A stretch of 64,000 bases of DNA, taken from contig JAYOLL010000001.1 of the NCBI GenBank assembly GCA_038120295.1, positions 205,140 through 269,139 of the forward strand, given 5' to 3'. The notes beneath the pieces are model-generated. The model saw only the letters and a program-made list of their open reading frames with translations, did no database searches and was not told the DNA's origin. This document shows, piece by piece, positions 26,042-35,225 of this stretch; positions within the stretch are counted from its first letter, which is position 1, and the number at the start of each line of letters is the position of its first letter. Position numbers and translations under genes: made by a program. Source of the DNA: Rhodospirillales bacterium (GTDB taxonomy: Bacteria; Pseudomonadota; Alphaproteobacteria; MPNO01; UBA2964).

Positions 26042-26722
26042 CTACATCGACTGAAAACATTTCAGCGCGGCTGCCCGCGAAGCCTTCGCCGCCGCCTCGT
26101 CGTAGCCAGGTTTGTAGGGCATGGCGAAATTATGCGAGGCGCCCGGATAGACGCCGATCTCGGCATTGGGGTGGCTGGCGTAGGATTTCTTGATCGCGTC
26201 TACCTCGTCCATCGGCACGACGGGGTCTTCCTCTCCGAAATGGAAGCTGATGGGGCATCTGACGTTGGGCGTTTCGTCGAGATGCTCGCCGATCAGGGTG
26301 CCGTGATAGGCAGCTGCCGCATCCACTCCGAGCCGTGCGGCGGCGAGGTGCGCATAGCGTCCGCCGAAACAGTAGCCCAAAACCCCCACCTTTCCGTTGC
26401 ATTCCGGTCGCGCCTTCAGATCTGCGATCAGGTCTTCGATATCAAGCATCCCTTGCACCGGGTCGAAGGCCTCGTAACGTGCGAAGGCCTTTTCCATATC
26501 GGCGGTCGGGCCGGGCATGACGCGCCAGAAGATGTCAGGAACCGAGACGACAAAACCGTCCGCCGCCCAGGCGTCGGCGATTTCCTTCATCTCGTCATCG
26601 ACCCCGAAAATTGCCGTGATCAGCAGGATGCCCGGCGCAGCCTTGCCGCCGTCAGGCGCGGACAGATAACCGGTGAATTCCTCTTTCGCGCGGGTGGTAT
26701 AGGTAATGTCCCTGCTGGCCAT
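26042..26722 (-). CDS. Dienelactone hydrolase family protein
   Basis: 226 aa. GYCFGG nucleophile (Cys-type DLH). His near the C-terminus (GASHNF). 12 bp upstream of the monooxygenase gene, suggesting an operon. Confidence 0.8.
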   Translation of the reverse strand: MASRDITYTTRAKEEFTGYLSAPDGGKAAPGILLITAIFGVDDEMKEIADAWAADGFVVSVPDIFWRVMPGPTADMEKAFARYEAFDPVQGMLDIEDLIADLKARPECNGKVGVLGYCFGGRYAHLAAARLGVDAAAAYHGTLIGEHLDETPNVRCPISFHFGEEDPVVPMDEVDAIKKSYASHPNAEIGVYPGASHNFAMPYKPGYDEAAAKASRAAALKCFQSM

Positions 26723-26752
26723 GCTTCTTCTCCCTGTTATCGCGTGCCCATG

Positions 26753-27799
26753 TTACCCAAGGGTCGGGTCGATGACGATCTTTCCCTTCACGCCGCCGGT
26801 TTCCAGCATGTCGTACGCATCGTGCAGGGCCGCCAGCGGCATAATGTGGTCGATGGCGCAGCTCAGCCGGCCGGTCCTGGCGAAATCTAGCGCCCGTTCG
26901 ACGTTCTTCCGGCTCGAACCGGCTCCGCCGATCACGCGAAGTCGCCGCAGGTACAGCCGCCTTGCATCGAGTGGAACCGTGCCGCCGCCATGCGCGCCGG
27001 CGGTCACGAGCCTGCCGCTGAAGGCGAGACATTCGAATGCTTTCGGCCAGGTTGTCGGGTCCGAGATGTTTTCGAACACGACATCGGCGCCGCGCCCTTC
27101 AGTGATCTTCATGACCTCTTCGACGAGATCCTGTTCGCGGTAATTGACTCCGTGGTCTGCGCCGAGCGAAAGGCCGAGTTCAACGCGTTCGTCCGCACCC
27201 GCGCCGGCGATCACGGTCGCGCCCATCAGCTTCGCGATCTGGATACCGGTGCTGCCAAGCCCGCCGCCGGCGCCCATGACAAGGACGGTTTCGTCCGGTT
27301 TCAGCCCCGCCTTGTCGTCCAGCAGCTGGATCGCCGTCGGGCAGTGCCGCATGAAGACGGCGGCTTCCTGAAACGAGATATTGTCGGGAATGACGCGGAT
27401 GTTGTCAGCCGGCGCGGCGATGTACTCGGCATAGCCGCCCCAGCGCTGGATTCCCATTGTCGAACCCGACCGGCAATCGGCGTCGTTGCCGGCATTGCAA
27501 TAGACGCATTCGCCGCAGGGGGAGCGCGAAATCACGACGACGCGGTCGCCAGTTGAAATGCCTGAAACCTCGTCGCCTGCCTCGACGACCACGCCTGACG
27601 GGTCGACTCCCGGCACTAGGGGAAGGGCATCGGCCTTGCCGTAATGTCCCTCGGCCGCCTGAACGTCGCGCGTGCGGTTGGCCGTAACGGCATGTACCTC
27701 GACGAGCACGCCGTCCGGTCCGATTGCCGGGCGCTCGACTTCCGCCAACCGCATGACGTCGCGCCAGGGGCCGTATTCCCGGATCAGAATTGCTTTCAT
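26753..27799 (-). CDS. Zinc-binding alcohol dehydrogenase (MDR family)
   Basis: 348 aa. Structural-Zn Cys cluster (CGECVYCNAGNDADC). GAGGGLGSTGIQIAKLMG Rossmann motif. Confidence 0.85.
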   Translation of the reverse strand: MKAILIREYGPWRDVMRLAEVERPAIGPDGVLVEVHAVTANRTRDVQAAEGHYGKADALPLVPGVDPSGVVVEAGDEVSGISTGDRVVVISRSPCGECVYCNAGNDADCRSGSTMGIQRWGGYAEYIAAPADNIRVIPDNISFQEAAVFMRHCPTAIQLLDDKAGLKPDETVLVMGAGGGLGSTGIQIAKLMGATVIAGAGADERVELGLSLGADHGVNYREQDLVEEVMKITEGRGADVVFENISDPTTWPKAFECLAFSGRLVTAGAHGGGTVPLDARRLYLRRLRVIGGAGSSRKNVERALDFARTGRLSCAIDHIMPLAALHDAYDMLETGGVKGKIVIDPTLG

Positions 27800-27826
27800 A
27801 TTGGTCGCAGGCTCCCAAAGTCTGCC

Positions 27827-27896
27827 CCAGCCCTCTCCCCCTCCTGACCACCCATCAGGATACTCTCGTGGGTGGTCAGGAGGGGGAGAGGGCTGG
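27827..27896. repeat. Palindromic intergenic repeat, copy 1 (26-bp perfect stem, 18-nt centre)
   Basis: CCAGCCCTCTCCCCCTCCTGACCACC-CATCAGGATACTCTCGTG-GGTGGTCAGGAGGGGGAGAGGGCTGG. It shares the 28-nt core CCACCCATCAGGATACTCTCGTGGGTGG with the element at 49524-49585. Confidence 0.7.
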
Positions 27897-27914
27897 CACC
27901 AAATTCCGCATAAG

Positions 27915-28337
27915 TTACTTCGGCGGACCGACCGACCAGCGGCGGTTGTCTATCTCCAGCACCCCGTCGGCGAGGTTGAGGGTCATCCGCATGTTGCCCT
28001 CGTTGCGCTGCCACGGGATGACGTCGATTTCGCGCTGGCCGTACTTCGTGTAGGGCTCCTGCATGGCAAGCTCGGTTGCTTCCGCCCGGCTGGCGGCGCG
28101 GAAGATCAGCAGCCCGGTGCCGCGCGTCCAACCCTCGTCATCGCGACACGGACCGGCGGCGAACAGGACGCCGCGTCGCTCCATCTCGCAGAGGAAATCA
28201 TGGTGCTCAAGCCGCATCTCGGCCTGCGGCTTGGGCGGCTCCGGTGGGTTTTCGGCGGGGCGCATCATGATCAGGTAACACTGCTCGCGCTGCAGGCCTG
28301 CCATCAGTTCTTCTGCTTTTTTTTCTGCGTCGCTCAT
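27915..28337 (-). CDS. YciI-like domain protein with a C-terminal extension
   Basis: 140 aa. CYLIMMRP...HHDFLCEMERRGVLFAAGP fits the YciI/Dabb pattern. Confidence 0.5.
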   Translation of the reverse strand: MSDAEKKAEELMAGLQREQCYLIMMRPAENPPEPPKPQAEMRLEHHDFLCEMERRGVLFAAGPCRDDEGWTRGTGLLIFRAASRAEATELAMQEPYTKYGQREIDVIPWQRNEGNMRMTLNLADGVLEIDNRRWSVGPPK

Positions 28338-28343
28338 CGGTTT

Positions 28344-29222
28344 CTATTCCTCAAGAAATTTAAAGGCGTACCCGTCGGCGGTGCCGACGACATGGCCTGC
28401 GGTCGGACAGGGGAAATGCGCCGGGATCAGCAGGGTATCGGTGTCGGCGATCTCGCTCAGGATACGACGCTTGGTCGCCGACGCCGCTTCCATGTCGGTG
28501 CATCGGATGGTGCTCCAGCCCGGCTCGAAGACTTGCAGCGGATGGTGGAACGCGTCTCCGGCGAATAACGCCTTCGTGCCCGCGGATTCGAAATTGGCGC
28601 AGCACTGGCCCGGCGTGTGACCGAAAGCCGGGCTAAGATGCAGCAGATCGTTGATCTCGTAATCGTCCTCGACGAGGATCGCGCGCCCTGCCTCCACAAT
28701 GGGCAGGACCGAATCCTCGAAGGACGGGCCGGACGGGTGCGGGCCGTTCTCCTTGTTCCATGCCTGCGAGTGCTCGAACTCCTTGCGGCCGAAAATGTAC
28801 TGCGCGTTGGGAAAGGTCGGCACCCAGCGCCCGTTCTCCAGCTTCGTGTTCCAGCCGACATGATCGACATGCAGATGGGTGCAGAACACGATGTCGATAT
28901 CCTCAAACGTTACGCCCGCCGCAAGGAATTCCGCCCGCCAGCGGTCCTTGGGATAAAGCAGCCCCTCGCGCCGGTCCTCATGCTCGCCGACGCAGGTGTC
29001 GATCAGGATGTTGTGATGCGGCGTTTTCAGGAGAAAGGACTGAAAGGTAAGACACAGCCAGCCGGTTTCCCGGTCGACAACGAAGTCGGGCAGGGCGGTC
29101 AGGTGTTTTTCGACCAGCTCCTTCGTCGCCTTCGGAAACATGTGATAGGGGTCGTGATAGGGCCCCTCGCGCTCAATGATGCGCGTCAGCGTGACATCTC
29201 CGAGCGGCATGGTGTTCTGCAT
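28344..29222 (-). CDS. MBL-fold metallo-hydrolase
   Basis: 292 aa. THLHVDHVGW (HxHxDH), with further His/Asp ligands downstream (GHTPG, AGDAFHH). Confidence 0.8.
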   Translation of the reverse strand: MQNTMPLGDVTLTRIIEREGPYHDPYHMFPKATKELVEKHLTALPDFVVDRETGWLCLTFQSFLLKTPHHNILIDTCVGEHEDRREGLLYPKDRWRAEFLAAGVTFEDIDIVFCTHLHVDHVGWNTKLENGRWVPTFPNAQYIFGRKEFEHSQAWNKENGPHPSGPSFEDSVLPIVEAGRAILVEDDYEINDLLHLSPAFGHTPGQCCANFESAGTKALFAGDAFHHPLQVFEPGWSTIRCTDMEAASATKRRILSEIADTDTLLIPAHFPCPTAGHVVGTADGYAFKFLEE

Positions 29223-29347
29223 CGCCTGTCTCCCTTTTTCTTTGGCCGAAGCTTATGGGCGAGCCGCCCTGGCGTCTACCGGGGGCTCGAACCGCATTAA
29301 CGGGCAAGCGGGCGCCGATTTGCCAATGGGGAGGCTGGGCGCAGGTT

Positions 29348-29971
29348 CTATTTTCCCGTTGCGACCCAATTTCGTTCGGCGAGGTAAAAAGCCTCCAGTA
29401 CTTCAGGGCGGTCATCGCCCAGCAGGTCATGACTGACTTCATAGTTGCGGCTCGTCTCACAGAAACCGAAAAAGCGGTAAGAGGGGCGCATCGCAATCCC
29501 CTTGTTCCAGTCGCTGGGCAGGACATCGTTCGGATTGACCGGCCGCAGGCTGTCGCTTTCGTATATGGCCTCGAACGAATTGAGCCGCCAGCCGACGTCG
29601 GTAAGCACTAGCCGGGAATGGAACCTGACGTGGGCCATGAGGTCCAGTTCGACGCCATTCAATGTCAGGCGCTCCGAGATGTTTGCCGGGCTTTCACAGA
29701 TCGCGCGGCCGCCCTTCTGGTGAAGCTTGGCTGGAAAAACCCGATGCTGGATCATGTTACCAGCAGCCTTCTTCGCTTTCAGGGCTTCGGCGAAGCCTTC
29801 GATGGGACCGTCGAACCAGGTGGTACGCACGGGCGATCCGGGCACGTAGGAACCGACAAGGCCATCCCAGTCCCCGATGTCGCGGCAAAGAGACTCGAAA
29901 CGAACGAGATAGAAGATTTCGGCCCGGTCTAGCAGGCCAACGGTTCTCTCTTCGGCACTTGCGCGTGGCAT
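29348..29971 (-). CDS. Hypothetical protein (possibly NTF2/SnoaL-like fold)
   Basis: 207 aa from ATG 29971 (MPRASAEERTVGLLD). The longer ORF to 30154 has an arginine-rich, unlikely N-terminus. No diagnostic motif. Confidence 0.35.
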   Translation of the reverse strand: MPRASAEERTVGLLDRAEIFYLVRFESLCRDIGDWDGLVGSYVPGSPVRTTWFDGPIEGFAEALKAKKAAGNMIQHRVFPAKLHQKGGRAICESPANISERLTLNGVELDLMAHVRFHSRLVLTDVGWRLNSFEAIYESDSLRPVNPNDVLPSDWNKGIAMRPSYRFFGFCETSRNYEVSHDLLGDDRPEVLEAFYLAERNWVATGK

Positions 29972-30166
29972 GGGTAGTCTTCCTTTGTGCAGCCGGTGTT
30001 CGCTATTTGGAGAAACCGGCAAGCGAAATATTATGGACGGGCAAGAGTTCCGTCCACTGTGCGCAGAATGCCGGTTTGTACTCGCAGATTGCCGAGAATG
30101 GCCGGCCAAGTGTTTCGATCTGCGGAAGAGGGATGTAGGATCGGGGCGCAACATCCGGAGAAGCCT

Positions 30167-31168
30167 ATGCCCCTAGATGGCGTCCTTTTCATTCCCTATC
30201 GCGACACGCTGAACCTGCTGAGCGTCGAGGAGGCGCTGCAGGTCTGCGAAGATGTTTACCGCATGCATGCGCGCGGCACGGTGCAATGGTCGAACCCGCC
30301 GTCCTGGAAGCTCGACGCGGGCGAGCCGTGGCACAATCACTGGCATGTGAAGGGGGCGCTTCTGACCGATATCCCGACCACCGGGGTGCGCATGTACAAC
30401 TATTACGACGACGGGGTGCGCAACACGGTCGGACAGCTTGAATGCGCGCGCTACATCCTGCTAACCGACCCCGCGACCGGCCACGCAAAGGCGATTGTGG
30501 AGGAGCACTGGTCCTACGCCATCCGCTCGACCGCGGCAGCCGCCCTGCCGCTGCGCTGGATGGCCCCGAAGGACCCGAAAGTGCTGGGGCTGGTCGGTAT
30601 CGGCACGATGGGCGTCAACATGCTGCGCTGCCTCAACACCATGTTTTCGTTCGAGAAAATCGTATGCACCTCGCGCCGCCCCGAAACGCGGGAAGCGTTC
30701 GCGCAGACCTGGTCGGCGACGTTGGGGATTCCGGTCGAAACCGTGGATACGGTGGAAGAGGTTGTCCGCGTTGCCGATATCGGCGTCGGCGGGACCACGA
30801 CGGAGGATATCGTTGCCCGCGAACACTGGGTGAAGCCGGGCGCGACCTATATCTCGCTGGCGCGCCGCGAAATGGACCCGGCGGGCTGGGCCGCGTTCGA
30901 CAAGGTCGTGATCGACGGGTGGGACGTGAACATAATCACCAAGGAATTCAAGGCAATGATCGACGCGGGCGAGTTCTCGCACGAACAGCTGCACGGCGAA
31001 ATCTGCGATGTCGTGACCGGGGCCGTTCCGGGCCGCGAAAGCGACGACGAACGCATCCTGGTCCACACGACAGGGCTGGTGTCGCAGGACATCGCCATGT
31101 GCCACTACATCTACGAAAAGGCAAAAGAACGCGGCGTCGGCATCGTCCTGCCGCCGACGGGCGGGTAA
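30167..31168 (+). CDS. Ornithine cyclodeaminase / mu-crystallin family protein
   Basis: 333 aa from ATG 30167 (MPLDGVLFIPY). GLVGIGTMG NAD-binding motif and OCD-family core. Confidence 0.75.
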   Translation: MPLDGVLFIPYRDTLNLLSVEEALQVCEDVYRMHARGTVQWSNPPSWKLDAGEPWHNHWHVKGALLTDIPTTGVRMYNYYDDGVRNTVGQLECARYILLTDPATGHAKAIVEEHWSYAIRSTAAAALPLRWMAPKDPKVLGLVGIGTMGVNMLRCLNTMFSFEKIVCTSRRPETREAFAQTWSATLGIPVETVDTVEEVVRVADIGVGGTTTEDIVAREHWVKPGATYISLARREMDPAGWAAFDKVVIDGWDVNIITKEFKAMIDAGEFSHEQLHGEICDVVTGAVPGRESDDERILVHTTGLVSQDIAMCHYIYEKAKERGVGIVLPPTGG

Positions 31169-31255
31169 AAACGAGAGCAAAATATTCGTATTTTTTTATT
31201 GTTTCCGGTGTTATTTGCGTTGTGGACTGACCAGTTTTTTCTAGTGGTATAGCAG

Positions 31256-32311
31256 GTGTCGACTGAACCGATTGCCAGGCTCGCATTCCGGGACCTGGGT
31301 CCGGGCGCGCTCCATGATCTGTTTCGCGCTGGATCGAAGGTCGTGGTTATCGAAAACGACGACAGGGTCCGGATGCTCTGGCGGCGACTGGTAGAGCGTG
31401 AAAGCGGCGCAAACCAGCCCGATGAGGAAGTACTTCCATGGGCAGGAAGTTTTCGAGATCTTGCACGCAATCATTATGCCGGTGGAGATATTTCCCAGAA
31501 TATCGGGGATATGGTCTGTTCCTCGGAAGGATCGATCGCTTATACGGCCCGCAAATTTCTTCTGCATCGATCACCGGCCGACGGGGCGTTGAAGACCTTT
31601 CCGCCTCATTTCGTATTTGAAGACGAGAAACACGTTATTGCCGATGACCTGCAATCGACGGCATGGGAACTGGCGTCCGAACTGACGCAGGCGATGATGC
31701 CGCCCGGCGCAGCGACGTCCGAGATATGCGTTTCGGTCCAGCGGCTTAAATACGACGAGTCGCTGGACGATGTGATCCGCAAGAACATCGTCATAGACGA
31801 CGCGATCGGGACCTGGGCGCAGCGCGGAAGAAGGGTGGATGCGATGGTGACGCGCGCCTCGGGCCTGCTCGATCACCGTTATGTCCGGGATGCGTTCGGC
31901 CTGGCGGGACTGAACGGGTTAATGCGCCGGTTGCTCGATCGTCTGAATGACGGTCAGGCCAGGCGGGATCCTGTCCGGAAAGCCCTCCCCGGTTTCGAGG
32001 TGATTGGCAGGCCGCATACGGATTCCCGCCTTTTCAGCGCAATGTGCAGCCGTCGCGACACGGTTCGGACGGAAATCTATGACGGTGCCGAATGGCATGA
32101 GCTGCCGGCGGCTCCCGATACGCTGTGCGTGTTCCCGGGCAACGGCATGATCCAGGAGTTTGGCATCGAACCGACCATGCACCGCATTCTCATGCGCGAC
32201 GGGGATGCCGCCACGTTTGGCGACAGCGGCAATGTGACGCTGCTGTTCGGCATCACGCCGGCGGCCAAGTTCGAAGGGGTGTTCGAGGCCTTTCCCGCTT
32301 CTTCTGCGTAA
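31256..32311 (+). CDS. 2-oxoglutarate/Fe(II)-dependent oxygenase superfamily protein
   Basis: 351 aa with a GTG start. HTD (HxD) triad element, then distal TMHRIL His. Preceded by an AT-rich 85-bp region. Confidence 0.55.
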   Translation: MSTEPIARLAFRDLGPGALHDLFRAGSKVVVIENDDRVRMLWRRLVERESGANQPDEEVLPWAGSFRDLARNHYAGGDISQNIGDMVCSSEGSIAYTARKFLLHRSPADGALKTFPPHFVFEDEKHVIADDLQSTAWELASELTQAMMPPGAATSEICVSVQRLKYDESLDDVIRKNIVIDDAIGTWAQRGRRVDAMVTRASGLLDHRYVRDAFGLAGLNGLMRRLLDRLNDGQARRDPVRKALPGFEVIGRPHTDSRLFSAMCSRRDTVRTEIYDGAEWHELPAAPDTLCVFPGNGMIQEFGIEPTMHRILMRDGDAATFGDSGNVTLLFGITPAAKFEGVFEAFPASSA

Positions 32312-32388
32312 TTCCACCAGTATTTCCGCCAGTATTTCCGCCAGTAATTCCGCCAGTAATTCCCCCGATAATTCCGGCAGTCATTCTG
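32305..32388. repeat. 12-bp tandem repeat array (about 7 units)
   Basis: CCAGTATTTCCG x2, CCAGTAATTCCG, CCAGTAATTCCC, CCGATAATTCCG, GCAGTCATTCTG, plus a degenerate first unit that overlaps the stop of the upstream gene. Confidence 0.7.
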
Positions 32389-32516
32389 GAGGAAAGTCCC
32401 GGTCAGCTGCTCTGGCCCGATATATTTATTCGCCGTTAACCATAGAATTTGATTTTCCTGCCGAGGTCGGGCGTTTAATCTGTGCCCCAATCGTGTAAAA
32501 CATCGGTTCTGTCCCG

Positions 32517-33299
32517 TTGCGACAAAAACCCACCAAGCCTTCCGGAAGTTCGATCGCCCGGCCCGCATCGCTTGTCTTCAACCGGTTGCGATCGGCAGTT
32601 CCGATCGGGCTGGCTGCAGTTATTTCGGTATTTGTTTTCGTTACAGACGCGCTTGCCGTGCCGACGACAGTTCCGACTGGCCTGGCGCCCGGTACGCAAT
32701 ACCGGCTCGCCTTTGTGACGAGCACGGTGCGTAATGCGACATCGGCGAATATCTCGGACTACAACGCCTTTGTGTCGGCGGCGGCCAACGCCGTATCGGA
32801 ACTGGCTGCGCTAGGGACAGGATGGACAGCGATAGCGTCTACGACGACGGTAGATGCGCGCGACAACACGTCCACAAGCCAGGCGCCTGCCGGTCCGAAC
32901 GGTGTTGCGATATATCTGATGAACGATGTCAAACTGGCCGATCATTACGACGATTTGTGGGATGGGACGATCGATAGCGTTCTCGGAATCGATGAAAACG
33001 GGAATGCGGTAGGCGGAGACACAAGGGTCTGGACAGGTACGACCTTCTTCGGCACGGCCACCGCGACGTCGGCGCTGGGAGTGCCGACAACAGAAGTAAC
33101 GCATGGACGGACGACTTTTTCTTCCGCTGCATGGGTGACCGGACAGACACTGGCGAAGAGCAACCAGCTCCATCTCTACGGTATTTCGGACATCCTGACG
33201 GTACAGGAAGATGTGGTTCTTTCAGAACCCGGCGCGATGCCTCTGGTCCTCTTCAGCCTGATTACGATGGTTATGGTCTCGCGTCAGGCGCGCTTGTAG
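32517..33299 (+). CDS. Secreted Thr/Ala/Gly-rich protein with a PEP-CTERM-like C-terminal sorting signal
   Basis: N-terminal signal/TM (AVPIGLAAVISVFVFVTDALA). C-terminus VLSEPGAMPLVLFSLITMVMVSRQARL, i.e. an EPG motif, a hydrophobic helix, then RQAR. Confidence 0.5.
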   Translation: MRQKPTKPSGSSIARPASLVFNRLRSAVPIGLAAVISVFVFVTDALAVPTTVPTGLAPGTQYRLAFVTSTVRNATSANISDYNAFVSAAANAVSELAALGTGWTAIASTTTVDARDNTSTSQAPAGPNGVAIYLMNDVKLADHYDDLWDGTIDSVLGIDENGNAVGGDTRVWTGTTFFGTATATSALGVPTTEVTHGRTTFSSAAWVTGQTLAKSNQLHLYGISDILTVQEDVVLSEPGAMPLVLFSLITMVMVSRQARL

Positions 33300-33655
33300 C
33301 CTGAATTGATCTTGATCTCGCACCCGTCCGGGCCGTTGACGATGAACGAGTCGTGACCCGGCGTCTGGCGGGCGATCGGGGCGGGTTTCAGGCCGTTATC
33401 GGCGCATTCCTGCCAGGCGGAGTCGATGTCCTTTACCCTGAAATCGAACTGAAGTGGCGCGTCGGTGGCGATATTGCTCGCCCCGCCCGTTAGCTGCAGG
33501 CGCGTTTTGTCGGAAAACTCCATCACGGCGAAATTATCCCTGTCCACGTCCTGTCGTGCGCCGAGAGCTTCGAAAAATGCGATGGCGCCGGGGAGGTCGG
33601 TAACTGACAGTCGCAAATGACCGAGCGAAAGGGACAGGGGGGGCTGAGATGCCAT
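33284..33655 (-). CDS. VOC/glyoxalase family protein
   Basis: 123 aa. LGHLRLSVTDLPGAIAFFEALG ... FIVNGPDGCEIKI glyoxalase-fold pattern. Confidence 0.6.
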   Translation of the reverse strand: MASQPPLSLSLGHLRLSVTDLPGAIAFFEALGARQDVDRDNFAVMEFSDKTRLQLTGGASNIATDAPLQFDFRVKDIDSAWQECADNGLKPAPIARQTPGHDSFIVNGPDGCEIKINSGYKRA

Positions 33656-34321
33656 GGCTCGTTTCCGTCTTTGGCTTCAGGTTGCTGCTAATCCGGTCGG
33701 GGAATATTAGCGGGGAACACAGGCGTAGCAAACTCCGCTCCGTATACTCCCAGGGTTTGTCGAGGGGCACGCCTGTCGTCCAATTTACCTAAAATTCGAA
33801 CAAACGCCGGATGCCGCTTAGTATTTTGTTAACAGGGCAAACCAATAATTTCCCATGACGTTACCAGAGTCGGTCGAGTGCCGATACGAAGCGGAGGGAA
33901 CTATGTCGAGACATCTGACGTTCGAACATCATGCCGATCTCGCGGGCTGGACCGCTGAGCATGCCGGCCAGTCCAATATCGATATGCAGTGGTCCGGCGC
34001 TATCAGGGCCATCTGCTTCATCGGCTCCTGTTTTGCTTCCTGGGGGGGCGTTATCGCGGCGTTGTACGCGATCTTCTGATCGGGCGGCTTACGCGGGCCG
34101 GGCACCGTCACAGCAAGGTTTGCATACAGCGACCGGTTTTCCAGGAACACGCAGAATTCGGGCGTCAGAATCCCGGCAGGAGGTAGCCTTCGTCCATCGG
34201 AGGCTTCGTCCAGATCGCCATTTCGTTTCCGGTCGGCATGAAGCCACTGAAAAGACCTGGTCCGAGGCTCGGAATGTTTCCACCCGGGTTCTTGCCTGTT
34301 GCGCGAGCGCTGCCTTATCCT

Positions 34322-34339
34322 GTTTCGCGTTTGCGAAAC
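34322..34339. promoter_or_regulatory. Inverted repeat GTTTCGC-N4-GCGAAAC in the tauD-like promoter region (candidate operator)
   Basis: Perfect 7-bp arms, 26-43 nt upstream of ATG 34365. It lies within a 285-bp non-coding leader. Confidence 0.25.
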
Positions 34340-34364
34340 TGAAAAATCCGTACCCGTCATGTCT

Positions 34365-35213
34365 GCGACCGCGGCACGATTCGTTAAGTCGTTTGAAATC
34401 GAACCGATCGGTCCGACGATCGGCGCGGAAATCCACAACCTCGACCTGACGCAGAATCTGGGCGAGGAGACCTTCGCGGCGCTTGAGGCATCGCTTATCG
34501 AGCACAAGGTCGTCTATCTGCGTGACCAGTTCCTGACCACCGAACAGCATGTCGCGCTCGGCAAGCGGTTCGGCGAGCTCGAAGTCCACCCGTTCCGGCC
34601 CGAAGGCGCGTTTCCGGAAATCATGGTGCTCGACAATCACAAGGACAATCCGGTGCTGTCGACCGATGTCTGGCATTCGGACACGACCTTCCGCGAATGC
34701 CCGACGCGTTATTCGATCCTGCGCTGCCTGGAGATGCCGGCGGTCGGCGGCGATACGCTGTGGGCCGACATGTGCGCCGCCTATGACGGGCTGAGCGAGA
34801 CGATGAAAGCCTTTATCGACGGGCTGGAAGCGGTCCACGATTTCAAGAATTTCCGCGCGCTGTTCACCAAATCCGAGGAGGATCAGGCGAAGCTGAACCG
34901 GATGGAAGAGCTTTACCCAAACCCGACCCATCCTGTTGTACGCACCCATCCGGTGACAGGCCGTAAGGTGATTTACGTTAATCCGCAGTTCACGCTCCAT
35001 ATCAAGGGTATGAATCCGGATGAAAGCCGCGCGCTGCTGGACCTTCTGTACGAGCAGGCGCATGTGCCGGAATACCAGTTCCGGCTGCGCTGGAAGGCGG
35101 GCACCATCGTGATGTGGGACAACGCCTCGACCCAGCATTACGCCGCCAACGACTACTATCCCAATCGCCGCCACATGGAACGCGTGGCGGTGATCGGCGA
35201 CAGGCCATACTGA
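34365..35213 (+). CDS. TauD/TfdA-family Fe(II)/2-oxoglutarate dioxygenase
   Basis: 282 aa. WHSDTTF (HxD), a distal His, and R near the C-terminus (WDNASTQHYAANDY). Confidence 0.8.
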   Translation, partial: ATAARFVKSFEIEPIGPTIGAEIHNLDLTQNLGEETFAALEASLIEHKVVYLRDQFLTTEQHVALGKRFGELEVHPFRPEGAFPEIMVLDNHKDNPVLSTDVWHSDTTFRECPTRYSILRCLEMPAVGGDTLWADMCAAYDGLSETMKAFIDGLEAVHDFKNFRALFTKSEEDQAKLNRMEELYPNPTHPVVRTHPVTGRKVIYVNPQFTLHIKGMNPDESRALLDLLYEQAHVPEYQFRLRWKAGTIVMWDNASTQHYAANDYYPNRRHMERVAVIGDRPY

Positions 35214-35225
35214 CCGTTTTCCCGT

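Noticed and set aside
27790-28131. Short ORFs translating as ...THQDTLVGGQEGERAG... and ...HESILMGGQEGERAGA... (and 49310-49600)
   Set aside because: They read straight through the palindromic repeat elements in several frames. This is an artefact of the GC-rich hairpin, not protein-coding sequence.
32077-32568. ORFs containing YWRNYWRKYWRKYW (minus strand) and VIPPVFPPVFPPVIPPVIPP (plus strand)
   Set aside because: These are translations of the 12-bp tandem repeat in different frames. There is no RBS and no flanking coding signal. The region is treated as a DNA repeat.
33855-34079. 74-aa ORF with a C-terminal hydrophobic segment
   Set aside because: It has no recognisable family and no clear RBS, and it sits in a long leader or intergenic region. 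It may be a small membrane protein, but support is insufficient.
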